Origin: Vicugna vicugna
Lineage: Eukaryota
Assembly: GCA_013265495.1 (NCBI GenBank)
Contig: MU058824.1
Location: 2,259,111 to 2,323,110 of the forward strand
Direction: 5' to 3'
DNA: 64,000 nucleotides
Shown piece by piece: positions 40,506-53,813 of the stretch. Positions within the stretch are counted from its first letter, which is position 1. Every line of letters begins with the position of its first letter. The notes under the pieces are model-generated. The model did not search any database. It was not told the DNA's origin and was given only the letters and a program-made list of their open reading frames with translations. A program made the translations under genes and the position numbers.

Positions 40506-40766
40506 TTACTTGGGCAACAATGGGCCAAATTCAGCAACTACCCACTGGAACTGGGCAGTAACTTCCCCCCTTAAGAGGAACTCTTACATGCCAGTTTGTT
40601 GGAGTCCTACACCTGGACAGATTCATTAACTTCCATTACCTGCCTAGGCCCAGTCAGAATTTGAATTTTTAAAAAGCTTATTATAAAATAAAATTTACCA
40701 TTAGTAACATGTAGTACATTCACAGTGTTGTGAAGCCATCACAACTATCTAGTTCCAGAACATTTT

Positions 40767-41505
40767 TGTGAACAAGCAGGACCCTTTTGTCATCAGTGTT
40801 TTGTAACTGCTTAACTGTATAATGGTTTAAAAGGTTTTTCTCATGCTTTTGCTGACCAGGGTTAGGCTGGAAAGAAGGGAGTCTTGGATGGTCCACTCAA
40901 CCCTCTTGTGGTGCTGATGCTGCATGCAGGGATCATGCTCAGTGCCCTGCTTTTGCCCCAGTGCCCTTCTCCTACCTCACTGCCCTCCTCGTGACCCCAG
41001 TGCCCTCCTCCTGACCCCTTGTGATTTCCTTATATCCTGTTGTTCCAGTGGCAGGCCTCAGCCTGCTTAAAAGGCTAAAAGCTTTTATCAACCTGACTTT
41101 AAACTGCGTAAGTTTTTCTCTAGAGCTCTTTTCCAGGGAGCCCCTTCCTATGCATTCTTTGTTCTAGGTACAAGGATATTAATAGAGTCCCAAAGCTGAA
41201 GGTGAACTTCATACTTAGCAGAGGGAAGGGGACCACTGTGTCCACAAAAACAAGGACAACTTTGTAACAATTTGTTACCCTTTATGTGATCTCTATGGAA
41301 ACTAGCTCCACCCCTTAAATTCTTGAACTTTTACTATAAAACTCCCTGCCTTCTCTCCCCAGTAGGCTCACAGTCTTAGAGGCATTAGCCCACTGTGACC
41401 AACTTTGCCTGGCAAAGAAAGAAAGCTGCCTTTTCTACTTCATCCAAAATTTGTCCTGGAGTCTCAACTCAGTAAGTAGGGTACAGAGGCCATGTTTCGG
41501 CAATG
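40767..41505 (+). mobile_element. ERV1-class solo LTR inserted into an antisense L1
   Basis: Starts with TG, has TATAAAA at 41335-41341, a degenerate poly(A) signal at about 41419 and an ERV1-like end (tttcggcaa..), with a 4-bp tttt TSD. The flanking L1 text joins across it (ttccagaacatttt|cattaccccaaaaggaaaccc). Confidence 0.75.
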
Positions 41506-42277
41506 TTTTCATTACCCCAAAAGGAAACCCACACTTACTAAGCTGTCACTTCTCATTTCCCTCTCCCCTCAGCTCCTAGCAACCACTAATCTGCTTTTTT
41601 GTTACTCTGGGTTTGCTTATTCTGAATGTTTCATATAAAAGAAATGCATAAAGGTTTCAAGGTTCATCCATGTTGTAGCATGTATCAGTACTCCCTTTTA
41701 ATGGTTGAATCATATTCCTTGTATGGGTATGCCACATTTTGTTTATCCAGTCATCATTTGATGGATATTTGGGTAGTTTCAACCTTTTGATTATTGTGAA
41801 TAGTGCTGCTATGAACATTTGTATGCACAGTTTTGTTTGAACACCTGTTTTCAATTTGAGGAACTGAATTCAATTCTTTCTACCCAGGAGTGGAATTGCT
41901 GATTCGTGTGGTAATTCTATATGTTTAACTTTTTAAAGAACAGGCAAACTGTTTTCCACAGCAGCATCTTTTTATATTCCCATCAGCAATGTATGAGGAT
42001 TCCAATTCTCCACACCCTTGTCAATGCTTGTTATTTTCTTTTTTCCCCTCTTAATTCTAGTCACCCTAATGGGTATGAAGTGGTATCTCACTTCACTTTT
42101 GATCTGATGCTTTTGATTCATATTTCCCTAATGACTAATATTGCATATCTTTTCATACGCTTGTTTGGCTATTTGTATATCTCCTTTAGAAAAATATGTA
42201 TTTAAGTCCTTAGCTCATTTAAAAACTGTGTTTTTTGCCTTTTTGTTATTTAGTTGTAAGAGTTCCCTTTTCAGATA

Positions 42278-42693
42278 CAGGTATCCCCCACTTTTCAAGT
42301 TTACTTTATGTCACTTTGCTTTTACGAAAAGACCTTCATTAGTAACTGTTTTTGCTAACATAAAGAAATCTGAAGAGGATTTCTGCTTTCAGTGGAAAAA
42401 AAAAGACAAAGTGAAAATAGCGTTCAGTGTTTGTTTTGCAGTGAGCTGTTACAGAGGAAGCACGTTTTGAGAGAGTGACACCACTAAGCACCTTCTCCGG
42501 GAACCACTCTCAGCATCTTAGCATCCAGTCACCATAGCTTTGAACTGTGTCTGTGAGCATCTGTGCTTTATCTCGATTTATTTTGTGCATTAGCAAGGTG
42601 TGTCATAAGGTAATGGCTTCTTCGCTTTATGCCATTTTAGCTTACAAAAGGTTTTTTAGGAATGTTCTACTTTTGGATGGTGGGGGGGATGTG
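42278..42693. mobile_element. TcMar-Tigger family MITE
   Basis: TA|CAGGTATCCCCCAC ... GTGGGGGGGATGTG|TA: imperfect terminal inverted repeats with TA duplication, interrupting the L1. Confidence 0.65.
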
Positions 42694-43346
42694 TATGACT
42701 TGCAAATATTTTCTCTCATTCTGGGAGTTGTCTTTTCACTTTCTTGATAGCGTCCTTTGATGCACAAAAGTTTTTAAATTTTGATGAAGTTTTTTCTTTT
42801 GCTGTGCATGCTTTTGATGTCATACAGAATTAGAGATTTTATCACCTGGACAAGATCAATGGGTAGCAAGTGAGAGTGATCTGAGGGGAAAGGGAATAGG
42901 AATGGCTTGAGGTCTCTGTCTCCAGTTCAGCCAGAAGATCTCAGCACTTAACTGCTTTATACACATATAATTGTTAGATTAGAACCACTAGGTAGTGCTT
43001 CTCAAACTTTAACCATTGAATATTAGTAGGAAACCTCAGTGTGCTAGTTTATCCTAAAAACTAGTCCTAAATGGTTTATGTAGTAATTAGAACTTAAATG
43101 TTTTCTGGCTTCAATTATTTGTAATAAAGAAAATGCATATTTTTGGAAAAGCATACAATGTTTCTTTTGCTCCATCTACCACACTTTTTGGGAAGTCAGA
43201 ATTTGGCCCAAGACCAAATTTGTTGTCTACCTGGTGGCAGTTCACCCACATTGAAGAAATATTTCATGGAAAAGATAGCCAAGCTCATGCATACCAGACT
43301 TAGTATGGGGTGCTGCATCTGCCTGATGTCACATAGCAAGTGAGAG

Positions 43347-43417
43347 TTTAAACCCAGGTATTCTCATTTCAAATCTAAGACTTTAAACCCAGGTATTCTC
43401 ATTTCAAATCTTAAGAC
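43347..43417. repeat. 35/36-bp tandem duplication
   Basis: tttaaacccaggtattctcatttcaaatct(t)aagac at 43347-43381 and 43382-43417. Confidence 0.95.
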
Positions 43418-43799
43418 TGTCCCCTAGGCCAGGCGTTCAAAGTAGTGTCGGACCAATCAATCATCTACTGATCTCTCTTGATTGGCACTATTGTTACCAC
43501 TAGCCACCGTCATTTTTGGAAGCATTTTCTGTGCCAAGCATTGTGCTGAAAGGTTACATCTAATCCTCCCAACAACTGTGTACGTGGTTCTGTAATTATC
43601 CTCACTTTACTACTGAAGAAACTGAACTCCGGTTAAGTAACTTCCTAACAGTCACGCAAATGTTAAATGTCAGAGCTAGGATTTAACCCAAGTCTGACCA
43701 CACAGCCTACATTCTGAACCACAAAATGAAATTATTATTTTAAAGATGACCAGTTTCTGAACACTGATATCTGCATCAGCCCTTCCCCTGGATTACAAC

Positions 43800-44450
43800 C
43801 CGGCAGGTACTCCCCGCCCCAACGCATGCGCAGATTTCGCCCACTGCTCCTCCCTTCCGCACGTGCTTGTCAAATCGCGCAGGCGCGCTCTCTGTCAGCG
43901 ACTGCGCTTTGGAGCCGGCGCGGAGGCGGTGCTCGTGCCTTTAGGACGCTTAAGTGCGCCAATGCGCGTGCGCGGGGCTAGGTCGCCAGTTCTCTGAGGA
44001 GGTTGGAGATGGCGGAGGCTGAGGGTGCTTCGTCCGAGCCGGCGGCTTCAGGACAACCGGCGGAGCTACCTGCCTCCGTGCGGGCGAGCATCGAGCGGAA
44101 GCGGCAGCGGGCGCTGATGCTGCGCCAGGCCCGGCTGGCAGCCCGGCCTTACCCGACGACGACGGCTGCGGCTACCGGAGGTTTGGGCCTTGGCGGCGCC
44201 TGCCCCTTCTCTCTCCTGGCGGACCGGGTGCCGCGTCCTGGGTGTGGCGTCCACTGCCCTCGCGTCTGCTCGCAGACCCTCCTGCAGTCCCGGGAGGGAA
44301 TTCGCGCAGCTGACCTTGTCACAGCGGGCAGCCCAAGACCCTGAGCGACTCCTGACTCCCAGCCCTGGCCTTTCCTCACTGCACCTGGGCGGTGCAGTTG
44401 CCGTCTTTAGTTTGAGAATGCAGCCGCCCTCGCGGGCCAGCGTCTCAGTT
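43800..44450 (+). promoter_or_regulatory. XPA: XPA CpG-island promoter, apparently TATA-less
   Basis: Sharp rise in GC and CpG density. GC box CCCCGCCCC 43812-43820, NRF1-like CGCATGCGCA 43823-43832, GCGCAGGCGC 43877-43886 and TGCGCGTGCGCG 43963-43974, ETS-like CTTCCG 43854-43859, E-box CACGTG 43860-43865, CCAAT 43959-43963. Confidence 0.9.
44009..44180 (+). CDS. XPA: XPA coding exon 1 (N-terminus with basic NLS/RPA32-interaction region)
   Basis: ATG at 44009 in strong context (GAGATGG). Translates [57 protein letters not shown], matching the XPA N-terminus. 172 nt, followed by GT donor at 44181. Confidence 0.98.
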
Positions 44451-46194
44451 CTCCCTTTCTGCTCTCTTAACCGCAGCTTCCACCCGTCCCAGGGGTGGTC
44501 CTTGTGTAAAGCTTTTAGGCCTGCAACCATTTCAGTAATAATCCTGTACCTGCTCCCTCATTCACCCATTCTACAAAGGGTGATTGGGTGCGCATTCCGT
44601 ACCGGGCCAACGCTTGCCAAGTGCTGGGCTCTGAGCAGAGCAAACAGACATTAACTACTGCCTTCGTGGGGCTAACGGAGTGGCACCTGTTGTGCTTCAC
44701 ATATTTCCTTTTAGCTGATTTGATTCTCACAGCTAACCTGGAAAATAATTAGGGCAGGGTTTGGTATCCGTATTTGACTGAGGTGATAATTGAAAACCAG
44801 AGAAGGAAAGGGGGTTAGCTCCGGTCCATCCCCGCAAGGGCAAAGGGTAATCAGGACTGGAACTCAGGTCACCTGACTATGGGTTCAGGGCCTTTCTTTG
44901 CTCACCAGCTGCCTCTGCCATACTAGGCCTCTCTCTCACCCTTAGGAAGAAAGGCTGTTACTCTTGTCTAGATTTCACCTTCCCTCTTTCTTAGGGCAGC
45001 CCTTGACCAGCGCCTCAGCTCTCCCTTTCTGCTTGCTTTATTGTCTGTTTGTTTGCTTATTGTGTATGTTTTTATCCATCATATAATTCTCCACTGGGGT
45101 CAACTAATAATCTTCCCCAAGGTACCTAAAATATAGTTTGGTTGACATGTAGTCCTTCAGGACTATCTCTGCAACATGAGGCAGGTGTGTTCCTAAACCT
45201 ATATCCATACTGTGAGAGTAATTGAGCAGTCACAGCTGGGTCATGTGCTATGCCTTTTCATCAGCCAGAAGTAAGGAAGAGTGAAAAGAGTCTGAGGTTG
45301 GCTGCGTGTCTTGATATTCATACTGGTATTGAATCTGCAAATTCCAGCCGCTTTTAATGGTTCTTGTCTCATCCTTCCTGCTTTCTAGTGGTTTTCTTTT
45401 ACTCCGTTCCCAACTTGAAGCATTCTAGGGTCAGGAGCATAAGTTGTTCATTTGCATTAATTCATACTCAGGATTCCAGAAAGGTTTCTAGATCTGTACT
45501 AAATGGCTGTGGAACAGGGGTGCAAAATAGAACATAAACTGGTATTAAGTTAAACTTCTGATGATGGAAAGCAAGGTAGCATGAATATTTTGTGAGATTT
45601 CCTAGGCATTTACCAAAGACCTGAACTGTGTTGTAGCATTGTGTACACCCTGCCATGCTTCAAGACTTAGGTAGGTGCTGAGATTTTATCTTTGTAGTAC
45701 TTCTATTCCAATATATGGTACAATTTTCATTTTCTGTGTGCTGTGATATATGCCATTAAAAAGACTGAGAGGAACTTGCTTAGAATGTGTTGCTTAGAGT
45801 AGTGCTAAGGGCCTGGGGAAATAGCAAAGCACAGAAGTAGAGAGAAATTGGGCTTTGTTTTTGGCATGATTTAGCATTGTTCAGGATCCTGCTCAGATTA
45901 TGGTCTTGATTATTCCAGCTTCCCTTCTTAATTCTCATTGCATTGGTGGTCATTTTAATCATTTGCTACACTGTTCATGAAATCAAAATCATATTCTGGT
46001 ACATTCATCTATTTCTGTCCATTCAGTAAGTATTCATGGAATGCTTAGTGCACTCAGTGTAATGGAGGGATATGGAGAGATGAGAGAATTGCTGTTAACA
46101 GTAGAAACAGGCCTCTTATACTCTAATCCCTGTATTTAACAGAGGAAGAAATTGAGGCCAGAGAAGAGGAGTGACTTAATATATATTAAATGTA

Positions 46195-48070
46195 TCTTTT
46201 AAAAATCAGTTATAACATACATGTTCATGTAAAATTCATCTCAATTTTACCTATGTAAATGCTCCTGTAAACACTACAGGAATCAGTATAGTGTACAGAC
46301 ACTTCTAGAACCTTAGAAGCTTCCTTAATGCCACTTCCTAGTCAACCACTCACCCCTAGAAGTAACTACTTTTCTGACCATTTGATTAGTATTATCTATT
46401 TTTGAACTTCATTTACATGGATTCATACAGTGTCTGGCTTCTTTTGCTCAACATAATACCTGAGAAATTCATCCATGTTGTTGCACGTATGGGTAGTTTG
46501 TTCATTTATATGTGGTCTAGTACTCTTTTATGTTGTTATACTGTAGTTTTTCCATTTTCCTTTTGATGGAAATTTGGGTAGTTTCCAGTTTGGGGCTATT
46601 ATGAAGACAACATTTACGAGCTTTTTAAAAAAATTTAGGTCTTGGATATGAGCCTTTTTGTATCTGTTTTATGGTGGACATACACACTCATTTCTGTTGC
46701 GTATATGCCTAGAGATGGAATTCTGGGTCATTGGGGAGATGTATACTTAGCATTAGTAGGTGTTGCCAAACAGTGATTATATCAGTTTAAAATCTTGCCA
46801 ACAATGTATGACAGTTCCAGTTGCTCTATGTCCTCATCATTTGCTTTTGTCAGTCTTTTTCATTTTGGGTATTCTGGTGGGAGTATAGTGTTTCATTATG
46901 GTTTTAATTTGTATTTTCTTAATAACTGATGGTGATAAGAACTTTTTCATCACTTGCCTTTTTTTTTTTAAGTTGAGTTATTTGTCTTTTACTGCTGGAC
47001 AGGATTTCATTGTGTAATCTGGATATGAGTCCTTTGTCAGAGGTACATATTGCAGATAGCCTCTGCCCTTTTGCATCTTGTCTTTTCACTCTCATAATGG
47101 TGTCTTTTGATGAATAGAAGTTCTTAATTTTAATCAAGCCCAATTAAGCAGTTTTTTCCTCTTATGGTTAATACTTTCATATTTTCGTGTTTTATGTTTA
47201 AGAAATTTTTGGCTACCTCAAACTCGTGAAGTTACTCTGTTTTCTTCTAGAAGCTTTATTGTTTTACCTTTTACATTAAAGACTATGATCCATTTAAAAA
47301 TTGTTTTGTGTATATTGTATGAGGTAGAGCCATAGATCGTTTATTGAAAAGACCATCTTTTCCTCATTGTTTTCTAGTAATACCTTTGTCATAAATATTA
47401 ATGCCATTTTTCTCACTGAATTGCTTTGGAGCCTTTGCTGTAAATCAAGTGACCAGTGTAGGTTTCTTTCAGGACTCTCTCTTCTGTTACATTGGTCTCT
47501 TTGTCTTTGTTTCAGTACCATTCTGTCTTAATTACTGAAGCTTTATGGTAAATCTTTAAATCTGGTGGTGTAAATCCTCGAGGTTTGTTCAAGATTATCT
47601 TGGCTATTCTAGGTTGTTTGTATTTACTTAGAGATGTTAGATTAGCTTGTCAGCTCCCGTTACACACACATACACACAGACATACACACATACACACACA
47701 GCTGCTGGGGTTTTGACTAGGGTCGCATTGAATCTTTAGATAAATTTAGGGAGCACTGACATCTTTACAATATTGAGGCTTCCAATCTGTACATAGTGTA
47801 TTTCTCCATTTATTTCGGTCTTTGATTTCTCTTAGTGCTGTTTTCCAGTGTAGTGGTTTTATACATCTCTTCCTAGATACTACTTTGAAATTCTAATTGT
47901 AGATTCTTGAGGATAGTCTACATACATAATCCCATCATCTGTGAATAAATTCTGTTTTACTTCTTTCCAACGTTCATGCCTGTTTTGTTTTCTTGCCATG
48001 TTATAGTAGCTGGGACCTTCAGTATAATGTTGAATAGAAGTGATAATAATGGACATTCTTGTCTTGTTTG
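46195..48070 (-). mobile_element. Old L1 in XPA intron 1 (antisense), with (CA)n at about 47662-47700
   Basis: ORF 46919-47143(-) resembles ORF2p (LIKIKNFYSSKDTI...DKGLISR); L1 3' UTR motifs at 46400-46800. Confidence 0.85.
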
Positions 48071-48081
48071 ATATATATTAA

Positions 48082-48306
<225 letters not shown>

Positions 48307-50765
48307 TAGATTGGTCATTTTGAGTAACATGCATAATTCTTTGCAAATTGATGTTAAAAAATGGTACATTTATGCTCACATAGTTGGCTTTGTAAGAGTG
48401 ATGCAATTTGGCAGTTTCACTAGTAGATTAAAAATTAAACAGATCTGTCAATGATTCATTTAACTTGTGGCTTGTGTACTTAGGGTTGATGCTCTCTGTT
48501 TTATAATAGGCAAGCTGATAGAATAAGTACTCAAAATTATCTTGATAGGCTGAAATGAGGGGCTAGAACCCAAGAGATAAAATTTAACATTTATTTATGT
48601 TTGGAGGGAAAAAGTGGTTTGTAAAGTATAAGATAGGGAAACCTGGCATAAAAAAATAATAATACAACTATTATCTAAGATTAAAGTTTTGATAAATCAC
48701 AAATCTATATATCTATATCTATCTCTGTATATCCACCTATCCTCTGGAAGAGGATACTTTGACACTGTTTGAACAAGATAGTTTTATTTGATCATAAGTT
48801 TGAAGCCATCATGTAGTGTAACAGCTTAAAAACCTTCCAGTTTTAGCTGCAGCAGCAGAAGTGTTGTGTATTCATCAGTGCAGGTAATAGTCCTGTTTTA
48901 TGTATGTCTAAACTATTGTTTTCAGAGGCTGAGACTTGAAGGATTATATTTATTTTCAATTTGGGTGCCATATTTTAAGAAGGCTGTTAACATGTGTATG
49001 TATGTGTCCGAAACAAAATGGAAGTACTGAAATTGACATGTGAGGAACAGTTGTCAAAACTGGTTACAATGAACTAGAGAACACTTCAGCTGCCAGCAAA
49101 TACAAGAAGTACTCCTCTGTGAAAGAGAGATACATGCTGTGATTTGCTTTGGAGGGCAGATCTTGGACAGTGAGTGACAATTACAGGGAGGGAGATGCCA
49201 GCCCAGTGTAATGAATGTGTTCCTTACATATATTTAGCACTTTGCACTTACAGAGTGTCAACACATGTATCATGTGAGCCTCACAGTGACTCTCTGAAAT
49301 GGAAAAACTTCCTAACCATGTGGAGTGATGCCCTAAATAGCAAAGCACTGAAGGAGTTTAGAGATTGAGAGACCACCCTGTATTAGGAGGGAAGGCATTG
49401 AATTCAATTACCTGTTAAGTCCTTATGATTTTATGGATATGAAGACTCATTGTGACTGTTTTTCTTTAGATTCCTGAATCTACCATGGGCATATAAAGCC
49501 CTGTTCATTTAACAGGTCATGCAATAGATACTTATTGGGAACCTCTGTAGTGCCTTTCTGCTTGACTGAGGTGTGCATGTGGCCTGTGTCATTACTGTTA
49601 TTCATGCATTGATGGTAGGGCTGCTACTTGCAAATAGAATTCTGGTAGTGAATTTGTGCAAATTAGAAAAAGTGTCTTTTGGTTCATGAACTGGCCCATA
49701 CACAAAGTACAGGGAGAGACCGAAATAAGAGGCACTCCAGATTGGTAGGTGGCAGTTTTAGTAAACAGTAGAACTTATTTATGAGGCTTGAATTATATAC
49801 CATTGAAAAAATAGGAATCTATGAGTCTACGTCGATAATAAATAGATGTGTTAGTAAATGAATGAATAGGGGAGAGGGAGGGTTCTTGCTTACAGTTGAC
49901 TGGCAGTTTCCAGATGGTAAATGTAAATGGAGTGATGGAGTTAAAATCATCATTATGTATATTTAAAGTTTTCTATTATAAAGAATTTTTAAAATTAGGA
50001 CAATTATGCCTCCTAATGGGTATTTCTGACTGCAGTTTCTTTCCAGTTCTAACACATTCTGGTAACCAGTTTTTTGAAGATACCACTTTGACTGTATTTT
50101 CAGTTTTTCCCTTTGTAGCTATGCCCCTCCAATATTTTATAAAGAAGAGTGATTTTTTGTTAATGTTTGGAGATTAGTGGGATTAAGGAGTGTTAGAATA
50201 TTGACTGACCTTATGTTGGAAGTCGGTTAAGGGAAGGCAGTGATTAGAATATGTTGAACAAACCATGAATAAATGACAACTCCGTTTTTCCTCCCACTGG
50301 GAGTTGTGGCAGTTCTCAGAGTTGGGGCTTGGCAGTAGCAGTCATCCTAAAGACTTACTAGAAGAGCTTTCAGATTCACTGAAAGAAACAGTTCTGTAGG
50401 ATAAAGAGCCTTAGCTATGTATTTGAAGTCTCTAAAAAAAAAAAAATCCTGCTTTACTCTACCTAGTTTCTGTGCTGGGTTTTGAGGATATAGGTAAACA
50501 ATCTCTGCCTCAAGAGATTTACAATCTACCCAGTGGTTGAGACAGATGAAGAGAAAGCTGTTTGCCCTGCTGGTAGGGGGTGGAATGGAGGGAGGGAAAG
50601 TTGCCCATTTGAAAGTGAATTCTGTATTGTCTCTCTTCTACTGTTGTCTTGCTCTTTGCAGCTCTTTTCTGTGTTAAGTGTTAGTGCCCATCTCCCTTAT
50701 CTGTAAGCAGCTCCTCCACCCCCCTCCTCCTGCCTTGGGACTAATCTTCATACTCTCAACAGTGC

Positions 50766-51263
50766 TGTGGGAGGCCGAATAAAGGCCCCCAAGGACGTCC
50801 ACATCCTAATCACCCTGGAACCTGTGAATTTATTACCTTACAGTGGGAAAGGGGCTTTGCAGATATGATTAAGTTTAAAGACCTTGAGATAGAGGATTGT
50901 TCTGAGTTATCCAGGTGGGCTCAATGTAATCACAAGGATCCTTAAAAGTGGAAGGCAGGCAGAAGAGGGTCTGGGGAGGTGTGAACAGTGTGATGTAAGA
51001 AGCTGTTTTTGCTGGCTTTGAAGATAAAGGAAGGGAGTCTTGAGTCAGGGAACATAGGCAGCCCCTAGAAGCTGGAAGTGGCAGGGTGATAGATTGTCCC
51101 CCAAAACCTCCAGAAAGGAGTGCAGCCTGCCAACACCTTGACTTTAACCCACTGAGACCTGGGTCAGACCTTTAAACTACAGATCTGTAAGAAAATAAAT
51201 TTGTATTATTTTAGCCACTAAATTTGTGGTAATTTGTTATAGCAGCAATACAAAAGTAATGCG
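50766..51263 (+). mobile_element. MaLR MLT1C/D solo LTR in XPA intron 2
   Basis: tgtgggaggccgaataaaggcccccaaggacgtccacatcctaatc...ccactaaatttgtggtaatttgttatagcagcaata. Confidence 0.9.
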
Positions 51264-51457
51264 AGTACCTTACATGTGGTTTGGGTTCAAAAGTGCTTGA
51301 TGAATTGATAATTTTTTACTTTGTAGTCTTTCTTTTTTCTTTTTTCCTTAAAAATTTTTTTTAGATAAATGTAAGATTGCTTAAGGTTTTATATTGTCTT
51401 TTATGTAAATATATTTGTATCAGGCATAAAATACCTGCTAGTAAGCTAATAAAATAG

Positions 51458-51658
<201 letters not shown>

Positions 51659-52869
51659 TAAAGTTTAATGTTTGCATGTAAGTTTAGATGCAAAATGATA
51701 ATTAGATCTATTTGGATTTAATATTTTCTTAATAATCATGTTTTTTGTTTTGAGTCTCCTAAAATTTCTTTTTTTCATTTTACCAAAGAAAGATAGGAAG
51801 CCCGTGCTTATCAAAATTAATGCCACATAAATAGGAAGGATGCCCCTGATTCTGCCATAGACAGGTCCTTTTCCTGTCTGCTGGAGGGAGGGGTGTTAAC
51901 TATCTCTCAGTAGCAGGTTCCTAACCCTTCTCTTCCCCCAGCCCCTAAGGATCCCTTTGTTTCTATCTTATTTTCTGAGCAGGGTGTGTTGACATCTTGG
52001 TCAGAGGACTGGCACCTTCAGTGAGAGGAGGAAGTATAATCTCTCCAGCCACTGCCCTGGTACCCTCAGAACACCTTTCTATTCACTTTTCACTCTCCTG
52101 AATAGGCAGGGAAGAGAATAGATGAGGAAGAATCACATACTCTGTCATTCTTTTCTTCCTCCTAACCTTTATCCTCTTTTTGTATCACTGCAGAATAATC
52201 CTCCTCACTTCACGTGGTTTCTCTGTCCCTACTGAATTCCTCAGCCAAGTCCTGCGGTTGGGGTCTGTCACACCTACGGATCCCATCTTGGCTCCTTACT
52301 TAGCCTTCCTGTCTGTTCCCTGTTCCCACTTCTTGTATGTACAGCCCCAGATCAACTCCCCACCGGCCTGGAGGGCCTGCCCTTTCAGAGTCCCTGCTGC
52401 AGACATTGAGAGCCCTCACCGTTGACTTGTTGCTGAGTAGAATCCTTAGAAGGTAAAGAGGATGGGAGATGTTCCTGGTCTCATGATCAGATCTGTGACA
52501 GGAAATGTTCTGGCAGCCACTGGAATTATAAATTACAAACTGTATTTCTAGTGACGTAACAGTGCCATTGATGTGCCCAGTGGTTAAGGTTCACAGTGTT
52601 GCCACTCACCTTCAAGTACAGATAGCGTTCGGGGACTGAATTACTCCATATAACCTTAGTTCCATGGGAAAATGGAAGCAACCTATGTATCAATTTAAAG
52701 AAAGTTGTGTAGTAATTTGGAAAAAATATACTTTTAAATGTAAACATAATTAGGCACATAGCGCTCCATTCTGTTTTCTTCAGCATTTTTGACAATTTTA
52801 AGATAAGTACAGAGTGGTTTACCTGTCCCCTCCTTTAGCTTATACTTCCAAATTAGTTAACATTCTTAA

Positions 52870-53662
52870 AGTTATTCCCATTTACAGCTTCCTCCCCCCT
52901 TGTCGTGTGCCTCCTCTTCAGTGTTCACCATTTCAGTCAAGGCCAACTTCATTCATTAGCTCTTTCTCCACTATCCCATGTTTAATTTCCAGATCCATTG
53001 GTTTCTCTGTGTAAACTGTGTCCTGAATTCATCTGTGTCCCATCCTCCTCCCGTTACTTAGGCTGGGCCTCCGTCTGCTCTTGCCTGGACCATTGCGGTG
53101 GTAGTCTTCTAACTGGCCATGTCGCCCACTTTTGCACCATTAGTCTCTTCTCCATGTAGCATTTTACTCAAAGCTCTTTAGAGGTTTCCAATCCATTTAG
53201 AATAAAATTGTCTTCACCATTGCTTACAAGGCCCCTGCCTACCCCTGACTTTATCTCCCGTCACCCCTCACCTTCACTTACTTGAAGTCACCGCCCGCTT
53301 GCTGTGAACTCCATTTGCAAAACGCATGCCTGTCCTGGAGGCTTTGCATTTGCTCTTCTCTCTGCTAGGAATGTTCTTTCTCTGGTGATTCTGCATATTC
53401 TCCGACTTCTTAAGGGCCCTACTTAAATGTCCCCTCATCAGTGGCCTTCTCTGATTACCCAGCCAGTCTGTCTGAAAATTGCTGATTCTTTACCATGCTT
53501 TATATTCCTTTACAGCACTTTTATCTGTCATTATGTTTGTTTAGTAATTGTCTTCTCCTAACTAGAATGTAAACTGCATGAAAACAAGGCTTTATTTTAT
53601 TCTTTCTGTATTCCTAGTGCCTCGAACATACCTGGCATGTAGATGGAGAACAAATGAATGAG
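52870..53662 (+). mobile_element. L2 LINE 3' region in XPA intron 3
   Basis: ctttgcatttgctcttctctctgctaggaatgttctt...actagaatgtaaactgcatga...cctggcatgtag...aatgaatga. Confidence 0.75.
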
Positions 53663-53813
53663 AAGAGCTGTCTAATTGACCATATCTCCATTTTTACCTG
53701 GGCTTTGAAAAACAGCTGTGCTTGGGGCAGTTGGACCTTGCATATTTATATTCCTTACACCCTGCCCATCCTGACTTTGAGCTTTAACTTACATTTTTTA
53801 ACTCATTGAGTCT

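Larger units (their letters stand above)
40670..42830 (-). mobile_element. L1MB-type element hosting the LTR and a Tigger insertion
   Basis: ttcaaggttcatccatgttgtagcatgtatcagtact...cccaggagtggaattgctg...ttgcaaatattttctctcattctg. Confidence 0.85.

Noticed and set aside
44003..44654. Overlapping ORFs 44066-44530(-), 44149-44379(-), 44190-44654(+), and the TTG start at 44003
   Set aside because: Stop-poor CpG-island sequence. The true start is ATG 44009 and coding ends at the 44181 donor.
49810..49960. Similarity to 20885-21045 suggesting a local duplication
   Set aside because: Both look like independent fragments of the same old L1 3' UTR family.
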